Shown piece after piece: positions 1-12,460 of a DNA stretch of 64,000 bases (positions are counted from its first letter, which is position 1; every line of letters starts with the position of its first letter). The stretch is taken from contig MU057350.1 in NCBI GenBank assembly GCA_013239625.1, forward strand, positions 23,093,894 through 23,157,893. Direction: 5' to 3'. The notes beneath the pieces are model-generated. The model did no database searches, was not told the DNA's origin, and saw only the letters and a list, made by a program, of their open reading frames with translations. A program made the translations under genes and the position numbers. The stretch comes from Lama guanicoe (Eukaryota).

Positions 1-29
1 AATGCTTGTCACTGTAACTCAAATCACTG

Positions 30-170
30 AACCATAAAATTGTAAGTTTCTTGATGATGGGGCCTGTGTCATACACATTTTTGGTCCTCCAAAAACTGCA
101 TGGAGTGCTAACCTTATACATAGTCAGAACTTGGTGAATACTGGTTATTTGGTCAATGCGTGAGTCAATG
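30..170 (+). mobile_element. Degenerate L2 LINE 3' end fragment
   Basis: 'aaattgtaagtttcttgatgatggggcctgtgtc...acatagtcag...gaatactggttatttggtcaatgcgtgagt' resembles the L2 3' terminus; highly diverged. Confidence 0.5.
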
Positions 171-730
171 GCCTGAGAGTGGCAGAAAGGATGGGGTGTC
201 CTAGAAAGCACTGTTAAAAATATACCCTTCTAAAAATGCTGTTAGCGAGATTACTTCTGAAGCTTCTGACTTCCTTGGAATAATTTTTAAAGACAAGTCC
301 ATATGCTGACATGTGATCCCATAAGTACATACATAACAAACTGAATAGTAGTAACATTATTTTCCGGCCAAATTTTAGTTGGTTGATTGTATTTTGTCAA
401 TCTAATTTTTCCTCCTTGTTTGAACTGGATATAGGAAGCCTTCTTTTTTTTTTATTTTTTATTTTTATTTATTTATTTTTTTGGGGTATTAAAGGAATAT
501 TGGTCTCCGAGCTCTTTGGACCAAGGGGTTATACTCAGCCCTGTCTTACCCGGGGTGATATGTGTTTAAGACATTCGGATTGTGGTGGAATTTTCTTGGG
601 AAATATCAGTCCCCAAGGCAAAGACGGGTGGTCACGTTGCATTCTGACAGGGAAGGTGAAGGTTGTGATTCTTGCCCTCCTGTTACTGAATTCATTCACT
701 GTAACAGACCAGTAATTGATTCTCCTATTG

Positions 731-878
731 NNNNNNNNNNNNNNNNNNNNNNNNNNNNNNNNNNNNNNNNNNNNNNNNNNNNNNNNNNNNNNNNNNNNNN
801 NNNNNNNNNNNNNNNNNNNNNNNNNNNNNNNNNNNNNNNNNNNNNNNNNNNNNNNNNNNNNNNNNNNNNNNNNNNNNN
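731..878. other. N-run (148 nt), unreadable, in unique sequence
   Basis: Directly seen. Confidence 0.99.
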
Positions 879-2299
879 GTTCTGTTCTGTTACTCCAAAG
901 TGCACATACCAGATGTGTGTTCTTGCTGTATTAGGAAATCAGTAACACCAAGTTTCACACCCAGATATGGATAATGTGACTTCCTTTGAAGAATTTAATA
1001 TTTCTGAACTCTCTAATGATTTGTTAATATGTTGGATGTAGAAAAGCCTGACCCCACCCCCACTCCCCAAATATTCAGTCAATGTTTACTAGACAGTTTG
1101 GAAGAATACATGTGTGCATATTGTGTTTAAAATGTTGTTATAAATCCTGAATATGAATGCACGGTATCTTTATTTCTCTTCCTTCACCTCTCTCTCCCTT
1201 TCTTTCTGATTTGCATTTAACTCTGTGTTTTGAGCAGTCCGTTTGTGTCTCAAAGCAATGGTTGGTTTTGGGGAGACACTGAATGTTTCACTGAAGTCAG
1301 CAATGTTTTGTTAATGATGAAACTGAACCAGACATCTTTTAGACAAGTTGCTAAGTATTATGTTTCCAGACTTGGTGTGGGGCAGCAGGCCAACTGCAGT
1401 GGTGAATTTAAGTGTAGATCACCCCTCCCTGGCCATGTGATGGCCCAGGTGACTTGGGAGTGGCCTCCTGTCCACGGAATGACCAAGGGCTGCAAGCCAC
1501 AAAGCTAGAGAGTGGGCAGAAACTGTGTAATCCCCAAAGCAACTGCTTCAGCTGATTTTCTCTGCTGCACGGGACATATTTTAATTTTGTTAGGACAGCC
1601 AATGGTCTGGTGTTGTAATGGACAGCCGTAGAATGGCCAACCACGTGCCTAGCTTAACCCATGGTCTGTGCATAGTTAAAGGGTGGCCATCACCCTTTAA
1701 AGACTCCAAACATAGAGAAATTTAAAAATGATTGTGACTGCTGATTGAAGCCCATTTTATTGATTCACCCTGAAATTCACGGGGCTGTAAAGTCTTGTAT
1801 CTGGGAAGGTCCATGCACATCTCATCTCTAGTCCTAGTTCTTGGCCAGTTCTGAGGATGCCATCTGATGGGTGCCCAGGCGCCCCCAGAGGCAGACCTAC
1901 TACCTCTCAGTTACAGCATTCTGTCTTGAGTTGAACCCAAATCTACACGCTCCGTATCTTCCACACTTGGATCCTAATTTTACTATTCATTCCTACAAAG
2001 CACCAGGCTTCCTTCTCCAAAGTGACCCCTTTCAAGTGTTTGGTGGAACTTATTGGGTCTCCTGTAAAGTGGTCTTTGTCTGCGACCCTTCCCTCCGCAA
2101 GCAGAACTTGTCTGCCAAGACTTCCCAACTCTGTACCCTCTGGAAGGTTCTCACTGTCTTTATCTTTCTTAACAAGCAGTACTGAGAGTCTCCCTTCTGC
2201 AGGCCCCATTCTGCATCTCAGAATCAAGAGATCTAATCAAAGGTCTGGAAGAGAATGACCTCGAAGGAATCATCTGGAACCATGGATGCCCATGGATGG

Positions 2300-2760
2300 G
2301 TTTGCGTCGTGACACAGCAAAGCCCACGTCCCTGTGTGAGGTGCAGATGATTGACAGGGAGAAAGTGGTTTTGGTTAATAATACAATCTGCTTGCCTCCT
2401 GGAGACACAGCAGTCGCCTACTAATTTGTTAGAAGTGAATTAAGGTTGTTTACCGATGTTTTAAAGTAACTGTCAAAGTGAAAAAAAAAAGGTTCATCCT
2501 GGATGAAACCACTCACCTCCTTGCGAGTTGCTGTTTNNNNNNNNNNNNNNNNNNNNNNNNNNNNNNNNNNNNNNNNNNNNNNNNNNNNNNNNNNNNNNNN
2601 NNNNNNNNNNNNNNNNNNNNNNNNNNNNNNNNNNNNNNNNNNNNNNNNNNNNNNNNNNNNNNNNNNNNNNNNNNNNAGGCATGAAATTAACTTTCATTTC
2701 GTAGTTAGCAGAAATCATGATTAAGGCAGTCTTGTTGACGTGTCTTCTGCTGATCTGGGT
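2300..2760. promoter_or_regulatory. Candidate conserved enhancer around an N-run, with a PBX-MEIS/PREP decamer
   Basis: TGATTGACAG at 2348-2357, CTGTCA at 2470-2475, several TAAT/ATTA cores, no recognisable repeat; flanks N-run 2537-2676. Confidence 0.5.
2537..2676. other. N-run (140 nt)
   Basis: Directly seen. Confidence 0.99.
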
Positions 2761-4689
2761 CTCTTTTGCTATGCAAGATAAGTCTGGCACCAGAATGCTT
2801 CCCGTGTCTCCTTTGAAACAAGACCCTCTCCCCGCCCCTGCCCCCCCACCCCAGAGGAAAATAAGCAGGGGTCTGTCTGGGACACTGAATCAGTTTGTTC
2901 TGCATGTAAAGAGAAATAGTGGAAGAATAGCAGGTGGGGTTCGGGGGTTCTAGTCCTGGCCACCAGTAGCCCTTTCTGAATCTCACTTTCTTCACCTGTA
3001 AAATGGGCATAACAGCATCTGTTCCCCAGGCTTCACAGGGAGACAGTGAGACCCCAGTGAGGTCCTTGTTGGGAGATGGCTTTGAAAGCCCTCAGGTGTC
3101 ATATCGGGGCAGGACCAGGCTGTGTTCTAAGCGACTTACATGTAGTAGCTCGTTACATCTGCCTGACGATGCTGTGGGACATGTACTGGGATTATCCCCA
3201 ATTCACTTCTACAAAAACTGAAGCTCAGGGACGCAGAGGGGACTTGCTCTATCATCTCACAGCTAAATGGTCGCAAATTGGGATTCAGACACTAGGCATT
3301 TGGGGGCCAGAGTTTGTATTCTTAGTTATTTCTTATTTGAGAGAAGGAGCCAGGTTTTCCTCCATAGGATTATTCCTCCTGGTCTTGCTCAATGAAACAT
3401 CATTCCTAAGAGCCTGGACCAAATTTAGCTTGAGAAAATGAAGGTATGGCTTCTCCGTGAGTACCAGCAAGGAGGAGTCCCATTGAATAGGGATGTATGG
3501 ATTAATTACGTTTTATTTGTAAAGAGCCTGGTGACACTTAGATGAAAAGCCCAAAGTGCAAAGACCTATTACTCGGAATGCTTTCAGAAACAAGAAATTT
3601 GATTTACCTTTTGGCCCTATAAACTGGAAAGTGTGATAGCCTATTTCACAGTATAGGGAGAATGTTAGAGAGTGAACAGAAAATGTATGGAATGTTTAAT
3701 TTTGCATGATTACATTTCATATTTGCCGAGGTAACTGTGGCAAATAGAAGTGCATGATAATATCCCAGCACACCTATTTGCCATGCTTTGATGAAATACT
3801 CTGCGTTTTACGGTCTGATATATGCACCCCTTGGGACAAGTCCTTATTAAGCAGATCAACAGGAATGTATTTGGGAGATGTATTCACATCATTGAAACTA
3901 TGTAATTTGTATAACTGCTTTTTTATTTGTATTTTACTTTATATTTATTTGAATTTCAAAAGAGGAAAGAGCCTAAAGTGATTAATGAAATCAAAAGTGA
4001 TAAGAATTTGCAGACCTTTCCCCCTGAAATATGCTCTGGCAGGAGCGGGTTCACACTTATAAGTTAGAGTGGCCAGAGGTGGGGGGAGTGTGTGTCTAAT
4101 TTGCCTTCGATTTCTGAATGAAGCAGTTCCAAAATAAGATCGTTTCCCTAATCCCAGAAAAATGGACAGACCCATGAGAAGGAATCAGCTGAGGGAAAGA
4201 CTAAATTGTGCAGTTCCAAACTGCAAAAATCTCAGCCATTGCTGCTGTGCCTGAGCACTTGTTAATACAATAAGATAATTGCATAATTAAATACACTATG
4301 GAATTTCAATAATTGGAGACTTTGTTTTCTCATCCCAATATGCCACTGGCTGGTGTCGGAAGGCAGTGTTTTAGGGAGGCTGGATCATTCTTTCTCGTCA
4401 CGTCCTCTGCAGTGTACTGCGGCTCCTCTGGCCGTTCTGAGACACTTCCCTTTCAGGTTATTTTTAGGTGGTTATATTTAGGCAAGGTGAAATTAAGCAG
4501 GAAGTCCCCCAAAGTCGGACTTGGCTGTGGGAGTTGAGGATCACTTTGCTAAAAGCATCCCTGGTGCCCTCTTGATCTTTCTAGGTAATAATGGGTGAAA
4601 AGCAAGCTGGAGATGAGTGCTGTCTGCGGATGGGTCACACTCCTGAGTCACAAGTGTGAGATGGCTTAGAGGAGTCACTGAAAGGGCAG

Positions 4690-4900
4690 GTTCCAGAGCT
4701 GAGCTCCTGGGTTCAGACCCTGGTGTGGCCTCTTACCTGCTGTGCGGCCCTAGGAAAGATATTCAATCTCTCCTGTGTGCTTATCTGTAAAAGGAGCTTC
4801 TGAGCCTGGTTGCAAAGCTTAATTGAGTTAATAGACAGAAAGAGCTCTGGAAATACCAGGGGGGTTGTAAGCACCCGGTACATGTTAGCTAGTATTATTA
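4690..4900 (+). mobile_element. MIR SINE
   Basis: 'cctgggttcagaccctgg...cttacctgctgtgcggccctaggaaag...atctgtaaaagg...catgttagctagtattatta' follows the MIR body, core and tail. Confidence 0.7.
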
Positions 4901-5434
4901 GGCAATCCGGGTGGAAATTTCATAGTCATCTGAATGTGGCAAATCTTTGAGGGGGAACAAATAAGTAGATTTATGGTTTCACCCATTCTAGAAATATTTA
5001 TTAAATATTTTATCTATCACCATCCTGGGTGTCAAAAAAGCAAAGATGAATAATATTCATTCCCTGCCCTGAAATGGTTGAACTGAATTGAGAGAATAGA
5101 CATGCCGATAGATATGATGATGATGATGATAAAAATCATAGCATTAAAGCAGTGTCTGTCTGGCAGATGGTGAAGTACTTTAACAGGGACTGGTCTGTCA
5201 TCATAGTGTCCCTGGCACCTAACACAGAGATGAATACTGGAATGACAGGAATTTGGTTTAAGATTATTTTGTCTGAGTGTCAAAGTGGTTTATTAGCACA
5301 GAATAGGTTCCTAGCTGCGTAGGCACTTAGCATATACCTGGGACTCAATACTTGACTGGTGAATAAATGCATGGATAGCATTGACTTTGAGCTTCCTCTC
5401 TTTAGGATTACTGCAGCTTGCTAATGTGGAGTAT

Positions 5435-5608
5435 GAGGGCCTGGCTAGGGTGAAGCAAGCGAGACACCGCCAGCGCAAAATTTAAGGAGGTGCTTACTCT
5501 CAGAGTTGTACCAGTGCCCTGAAGGCACTCACCCTCAGGGTCCTACAGCTGCTTCCTTAAATTTTGCACCTTAGATGCCTCAGTTTCCTCACCTTAGTCC
5601 AGGCCCTG
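5435..5608. mobile_element. Palindromic non-autonomous hAT-Tip100 element (MER96-like MITE)
   Basis: About 55-nt imperfect inverted arms: left 'agggcctggctagggtgaagcaag...gcgcaaaatttaagg' vs reverse complement of right 'cagggcctggactaaggtgaggaaac...gtgcaaaatttaagg'; 174 bp long; CAGGGCC-type terminus. Family name from recollection. Confidence 0.75.
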
Positions 5609-5652
5609 ATGACTGTGCTTTATTTGTACGCATGTTTGAATGTTTCCCTCTG

Positions 5653-5790
5653 ATTTTATTTTGAAAAATTTCAAAGCTACAGAAAAGTTGAAGGAACAGT
5701 AAAAGGGACACTGCGCACCTTTTACTTACATTCATTAATTGTCACACTTCGGCCACAGCGACCATCTCTCTCTGTAGATGTGACTTTGAA
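5653..5790 (-). mobile_element. Old L1M 3' end fragment
   Basis: 'ttttattttgaaaaatttcaaagctacagaaaagttgaaggaacag' is the typical antisense 3' end of ancient L1MC/L1MD-type elements. Confidence 0.6.
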
Positions 5791-6849
5791 CTTTGTGCTA
5801 ATTCACCAGAGAAATCAAGTACCCTCCACGTCCGCCCACCTTTACTGCATGTAATGTTAAATTTGCTTCCTAAATTCTACATCTCAACATTAAACATTTT
5901 GGAAGAAAAAGCCAAAAAGGGCATAAGAGAACTTTGCTTAAATTTTTTTCAAGTTTAAAAACTGCTGCTTGAAACTTATTTTTAGACAGTATACTACTAA
6001 CGTATTTAGAGCACGGCCAATGTAAGATGCCCCAAATTTTAAAAGGTTAGAAAGTTTTTCTGGATGCTCTGATATTTTCTGGATGCTTTCACAGAAGAGA
6101 GAGTTTTTTGAAAAGGCAAATTTCCTTGACCATTATTTTTCTGAGAACCTTTTAAAAGTAGATGGTGGTCCAAGTACTCATACAATGAGATCACCGTTTC
6201 CCATGTTAAGAATAGTCACTGTAAGGAGTGACTTTGCAAGTATAATATAGGGGCTATTTATAAATTTGGTGATATGCTCTCAAATAAAAAGGAATACATG
6301 CTTGACTTTGGATTCTACTGACAAACTTTCATGAAAAAAACCCTTTTCTGATAAACTTGAATATTTGTAAAAAAAAAAATGAGCTGTCACTGTAAATGTG
6401 TGGCAAAATCTGCCAGAAGATTACGTTATTTCAGTGGTTTTGAAAACGCTCTCTGTGAAGCGTAGGGAGTCTGGGGAAGGGCCTCAGGACCACTGTGGAT
6501 GGCCCTGGGGCTGAGGGAAGGGAGTGAAGCCAGCACTGGAATCCAGGCACTCCTGTTCCGTCAGGATAGCTCTGATATTATGTGCTTTACCTTGGCCTCT
6601 GCCTGAGAATCCGTTTTCAGGAAAGTGTGCTAAAACTGAAAAGACGGAGTTTGGAAATCATAGCCCTGGTGGCTGGAAGATAAAAGCAGGGAAAATGCCA
6701 TGCGGAAATGTTGGTTGGCAGTGAGAAACGATAGCTGTCAACTTGCAGGTGGGAGAGGTCAGAAAAACCATGAAAAGCAGAGACAGGATCTAAAACACAG
6801 GCGTTGTTTAGGAGGATCAAGCAGGGTCAAATGCGCATACACAGCCTGT

Positions 6850-6960
6850 GGCGGTGATTCTGAAACTTGAGTGACTCTTGGTCCTTAACCCAGAGATTTT
6901 GATTCAGTAGATCCAGGGTGGGACTCAGGTGTCTGATGTTTTTAACAGTCACAGGAATTG
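6850..6960. mobile_element. MER5-like hAT-Charlie fragment
   Basis: 'cccagagattttgattcagtagatccagggtgggactcagg...tgtttttaaca' matches the MER5A core. Confidence 0.55.
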
Positions 6961-7259
6961 CCCTAAAGTCACATCTGTAGTATAGAATATTGCCATGACT
7001 GGAGTTGTAAAAAAAAGTTACATTCAACCGAGGATGTGATCCTTTTTCAAATTCAAGGAAATTTTAGGGATGATTTCTTTCCAAAATGCTTAAAATAGGA
7101 AAGATTGTCTTGATTAACAGAGGGGGAAGGACACACAGGTAAATAATTATAAAGTAGGCTTTTCTAGGTCCAGTGGGAGAAGGAAGAAAGTTCACGTCTC
7201 TCTGGATGCTGTGATGGGTTCTTGGAAGAGGGACCTTTGTGGTGGGGCCTCTCGGCCCA

Positions 7260-7476
7260 GCAGGATAAGCACAGGCTGCAGAGTCAGATGGACCTGGGTT
7301 TGAATCCTGACTCTTCTGCTTGACTAGGTGAGGACCTTAGGAAAGTCACCGAATCTCTTTAAGCTTGGGCTCTCCTCATAGGGTAAAAATGGAGATTATA
7401 TTAGATGATGTATTTGAAGGCCTGAACACAGGGCCTGCCAAGTAATAGATGGTCAATAAGTGGTTGTAATTACTAC
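7260..7476 (+). mobile_element. MIR SINE
   Basis: 'gagtcagatggacctgggtttgaatcctgactct...gaccttaggaaagtcac...gtaaaaatggagat...ggtcaataagtggttgtaattact'. Confidence 0.8.
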
Positions 7477-7743
7477 TCTATTTGACATGGACTGTAAAAT
7501 GGGGAGGCTTTCAAGAGGGCAGGAATGAGAGCACCTTGTCTGGTGGGTCTGGTTTTGGTTTTCGGATGGCGTGCTGGAGGGGGACCAATACAGCATCCCT
7601 GAGAAGAGCAAAAACACAGGCAAATCCTGAGTTAAGAGAGGGTGTAGGCTGGCGTGCCTTCAGTGCTCCCAATAGTGGTGTTCATGTGGAAGGTTCTAGA
7701 TGAAACTAGAAGTTTCCTACCAGTATGTTGCAACTATTAACTA

Positions 7744-7910
7744 ATTTAATCCTCAGAGTGACTCTGTGAAGTAGGTATTCTTATTTAGCAGATCATAAAG
7801 CTGAGGCACAGAGAGGTTAAGTAACTTGCCCAAGATCACAGAGCTAGTAATGACAGGGCCAGGATTTGAATGCAGTCAGCATCTGCACTTCTAACCTCTA
7901 CATTATGCTA
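7744..7910 (-). mobile_element. MIR SINE
   Basis: Antisense MIR core 'ctgaggcacagagaggttaagtaacttgcccaagatcacagagctagtaatgacagggccaggatttgaa'. Confidence 0.85.
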
Positions 7911-9757
7911 TTTTAATAATAATGATTTATCTTAGTGTGTATTAGGAAAATATAACTAGCAGAATAAAAACCATGGTTTTATAGGTCTTACTGCCTAGAA
8001 CAATAATAAAAAAAAGACTTGATTTAAATGAGTCATATAAAACAAATAATAGTAAGGGTGACATCTAATATGATGAAGATCCTGTGGACGGTCCCCATAT
8101 GATTTTGGCCTGGGAAATTCCAGGGGCAAGTAGAGACTGGGGCTACCACTGTTGCCTTTAAATATTCATTCTGTGTAAAACAACAACAGATCCTTTAAGT
8201 TCTGGGAAAGAAGCAAGTCAGTTTACCCTTGGAAGAGAAGCCAGGAGAAGGGAAGTCCTTGTAGCTTGTTGAGTGCTCTCCCATTTCTAGTAATTCCACT
8301 GGGAAGGGGAAAAAAAATCCTCCTTCCACTCCCTGACCTTCCACCCCCTTGGCTCTGAATGTCTCTTGAGTGGCCGGACTGAGGTCTAGGCTTTTGGGGA
8401 GATTTTTAGTTTCTCCTCCTCTTCTTCCTCCTTCCATCCTCCTTCCTCTTCTCTTTTCCCCCATCTTCTTCTTTCATTGTGCCCTGAGGCCAGATATCAA
8501 AAGTGCCATGCCCCAAGAATGCAGATGCCTAGTTCAAGTCAATAGGAAAAAGAGTTGAATACTCTATGTGGCATTTTCATTTACCTTCAGCTTTCAGGAT
8601 GGCACTTGTGTCTGCTCTGGAATCTTTCTTTTGGATGTTTAGATAATCCTAAACCAATCCATGCTTAGGTGTTTATATTTGCAGCAGATTTATCTTCCTA
8701 ACAACGTGTTTGAGGCTAATACTACAATGAATTTGCATTTCCTGGGCAAAGGAGCACAGGCGTTAGTCTGTAAGTTGTAAGAAACTGGAGTGTAACCAGC
8801 TACTATGGGGCAAGGCATGTGTTTGGACAGTTACCCGGCTCCCAGTCCTGGATGTGGGTGGGATGCCTGCCCAGATCTGGGTCTCATATGGAGACACCAC
8901 TGGTCTGCTTATCCAGTCCTGTGCATTTTCTCTGTCTTCACCTGAGATCAACATTGTAATCTGTTCTTCTTACCGCTCCATCCCCCCCATATAGTGCTTG
9001 GGAAAAGGTATGCATTGAATACATAAACTTTTGCCCATTGGTTAACGAGAGCTATCAATAATTCAGTATTTCTCGTTTCAGATTGTGTTTCAACAAATAT
9101 TTACTGAGCACTTACTATGCGATAGGCATTGTGCCAGGGGTTTCATGCGATTTCATTCTCACACAGCTCTCTTCACCGTGGGCAGTGGGGAAATTGAGGC
9201 TCCAGGAGGCAAAATGATTTAACTGAGACCATGTGCTTTTGGTTCTGCCTGATTTAAGTCTTGCTATGCCAGGTTTCAAGCTCAGCGTTCTGTTTTCTTT
9301 CTGCTACTCTCTGGGGCCTTGCAAACACCAAGTGGGTTTCCCCACTCCCTGTTAAACTGGACTTTCCTTGCCACTGATTCCCCGGGATCGCAATAATCAA
9401 CTCAGAAGTAGAAGGAAAGGTTCTCCCTCTCAGACTGTAAATAAAGAACCTGCCTTCATGGCATGAGATTCTGAGTGTCATCAAATGCCACTGCCCACAG
9501 GAACGGAAGCTTCTCTCAGAGTTTCCAGCGGGGCCTGCCTGTGAGGGCACCACGGGATTAGGCCTGTATACGTGCCCCAAACGCTGTTCCACGGATGAAA
9601 ACAGTTGTCACAGTGACTAGAAAATTGAATTGGTTAAACCTTCTGGTTTTAGATTGTTTTTAGAGTGAGTAACTCTATGATTTTTTTTTTTTACTTGTCA
9701 TAGGCGAAAAGGAAAAAAAAAGTACGAGTGAAACTTCATAGCTATTTTTCTTCCCTG

Positions 9758-9897
9758 NNNNNNNNNNNNNNNNNNNNNNNNNNNNNNNNNNNNNNNNNNN
9801 NNNNNNNNNNNNNNNNNNNNNNNNNNNNNNNNNNNNNNNNNNNNNNNNNNNNNNNNNNNNNNNNNNNNNNNNNNNNNNNNNNNNNNNNNNNNNNNNN
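9758..9897. other. N-run (140 nt)
   Basis: Directly seen. Confidence 0.99.
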
Positions 9898-10135
9898 TTG
9901 GATGGATTTGGGGCCAAAGTGTTGGGATTGTACTGTATCATGAAATGGATTTATTGATCTAAATCTAAAAGCGGCCTGTGGCCTGTCAATATCAGATTTG
10001 TATCAATATGTTTGATAAATGAGGGCTCCTGCCCCTTTGCTTTGTTTGCTTTATCAACTGCACTTGGCAATAACAATAAAAGACGCCAGGTGGTGTATTG
10101 CAAACTGCACTCGTCATGTGTGCTACTAACCTTAG
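9898..10135. promoter_or_regulatory. Candidate conserved enhancer (right flank of N-run)
   Basis: Repeat-free; GATTTATTG, CTGTCA (about 9983), FOX-like TGTTTGC, AACAATAAAA (SOX/posterior-HOX overlap, about 10072-10081). Confidence 0.45.
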
Positions 10136-11673
10136 GGCCCCGTTTTGCGATCCCGCATACGTTATAACCACCCAGAAGTGCGCTGCTGTGCCTGACTGCC
10201 TCCCCCGAATTAGACGTTCCCCTGCAATGGTGCATTTCAATATCCACCTCATGCATTAACCTTGAAACGTTGTGCCCGTGGTGTAGGTAGCATCTTCATT
10301 TTCCAGATGAAGAAATGAAGACACTGAGAGGTTGTGAGAGGTTGAACGAGCTGCCCAAGGCCACACGGTAAATCTCGAATACAGCTGGGGTCCAGGCAGA
10401 GGTGTCATGGTTCTTGGCTGAGGGGAGGTCAATTTCCTTCTCTCTGGTTCCAAAGCAAAAGAATCTGAATCTGCAAGGAGCTTGTGGTTGATACACTTTC
10501 TCCCCAGGTGTGGGGAGGCTGCCACCTTCTCTCTGAGTCTTCCGGGGAAGAAATCCAGGTCCCTGTGTTGGAAACAGAAGGTTCTGAATGTGCTTTATTT
10601 GGTCTTCGTAGCCACAAATCAAGGTTGGCTTACAACCCTCCTGGGATGTTTCTTATCAAGCCACATGTATCTTTCAGGGGGCAGCAATATTCCCCACCAG
10701 ATGTTAGTTGGAACAGGGGAAGAGAGGAACAGAAGACATGAAGTTCTTCCCTGCAAGAGTTTTCACTTGAGTTGATGGGCATTATGGAATGCTAGTCTGT
10801 ATCCCCAAATCTCTTTATCTGTGGGCTGGTAGAAATCTTTGGTAGGTGAAACAGGCCCTGTGACTCCATTCCCATCCCCATAGCCACAGCACGACATTAA
10901 TAAATGATCTCACTTTTGCTGCATGAACACACTGCGTACACTTTCTCAGCCAGTTCTGGCAATGACTGGGAATGAGGTTAACAAAGCTATATGAAATTGG
11001 CAACCCCTGGGTGTGCTGTACGGATTCAAATCTAATTCTGAGGATAGGGCTGATCACTTGGGTGTAAATTATGTTACTGTTTTACTTTTTGAGCCTCTTC
11101 TGGAACTTTGAATTAGTCACTTTTCTCTGTCATCACAATGATGATGGGCTGGGATAGGAAACCAGAGATTATTATCTGGCAAAATATAGAACTAGAACAC
11201 TTGGGAGGTAAATGGAGTTTTTCCTTGGAAAACTTTTTTTTTTAAACCTTTTTGGTTGAAAGTTCATTCTAAGATATATCATGGAAACATGCTTATATCT
11301 GTTTTTCATGCCTTTTTCTTTTTGTGAAGCCTCAGGGTTATTGTTCTGAAGACTAGATTTTTTTTTTTTTTGGTAGGTTTAGAGGGTGTAGGATGTTAGC
11401 CAACTGATGATTTTTAGCATGAAATTTTTAACATTAGTTTACTTCAAATGCAGAGAGTTAATGAGCACATTTTCTAGTCTCATTTGCATCCCTTCTTCCA
11501 GGAAAATTTGTCTAATAGTATGTTTTTGCCTTCTCTCCTCTACCCCTCAATCCATATTCCTCAAGACTCAAAGAAGAAAGTCAATTTCACCTGTATATAT
11601 TGTTGGAAGTGCGGATTCCCCCGGAGATTCTGATCTAATCGATTTGGCATGGCATCTCGAAATCTTCATTTCT

Positions 11674-12460
11674 TTCTTTCTTTCTTTTTTTTTAAATTGA
11701 AGTGTAGTCAGTTGCAATGTGTCAATTTCTGGTGTACAGCATAATGTTTCAGTCATACGTATGCATACATATATTCATTTTCATATTCTTTTTCATTATA
11801 GGTTACTATGAGATATTGGATGTAGTTCCCTGTGCTATACAGAAGATATTCGTTTTTTTTTAAATCTATTTTTTGTGTAGTAGTTAATATTTGCAAGTCT
11901 TGACCTCGCAGTTTATCCCTTCCCACCTCCTTCCTGCCCCGGTAACCATAAGATTGTTTACTATATCTGTGAGTCTGTTTCTGTTTTGTAGATGAGTTCA
12001 TTAGTGTCTTCTTTTTTCTTTGTTTAGATTCCACAAATGAANNNNNNNNNNNNNNNNNNNNNNNNNNNNNNNNNNNNNNNNNNNNNNNNNNNNNNNNNNN
12101 NNNNNNNNNNNNNNNNNNNNNNNNNNNNNNNNNNNNNNNNNNNNNNNNNNNNNNNNNNNNNNNNNNNNNNNNNNNNNNNNNNNNNNNNNNNNNNNNNNNN
12201 NNNNNNNNNNNNNNNNNNNNNNNNNNNNNNNNNNNNNNNNNNNNNNNNNNNNNNNNNTATGAATATTGGGGTGCATATGTCTTTTTGAATTAGAATTCCC
12301 TCCAGATATATGCCCAGGAGTGGGACTGCTGGATCATATAGTAAGTCTATTTTTAGTTTTTTGAGGAATCTCTGTACTGTCCTCCATAGTGGCTGCACCA
12401 AACTACATTCCCACCAACAGCGTAGGAAGGTTCCCTTTTTTCCACACCCTCTCCAGCATT
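11674..12460 (-). mobile_element. 5'-truncated artiodactyl/camelid L1 (3' UTR plus ORF2 C-terminal remnant) with target-site duplication
   Basis: T-rich tail on + at 11674-11693; translation '[31 protein letters not shown]' is the L1 ORF2p C-terminus; TSD gaaatcttcatttct (11659-11673) / ggaatctccatttct (12461-12475, 13/15 match) followed by AA, an L1 endonuclease-type site. Confidence 0.93.
12042..12257. other. N-run (216 nt) inside the L1
   Basis: Directly seen. Confidence 0.99.

Noticed and set aside
8405-8478. Polypyrimidine tracts (also about 13990-14065 and 51470-51520) as H-DNA or splice acceptors
   Set aside because: Common low-complexity sequence without clear mirror symmetry or a matching downstream exon.
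731-9897. The 140-148 nt N-runs as masked H/ACA snoRNAs
   Set aside because: Similar size is the only evidence; the content is unreadable and the other runs vary from 164 to 444 nt.
12024-12401. ORF resembling a real protein
   Set aside because: It is the C-terminal remnant of L1 ORF2p in a truncated retrotransposon, not a host gene.
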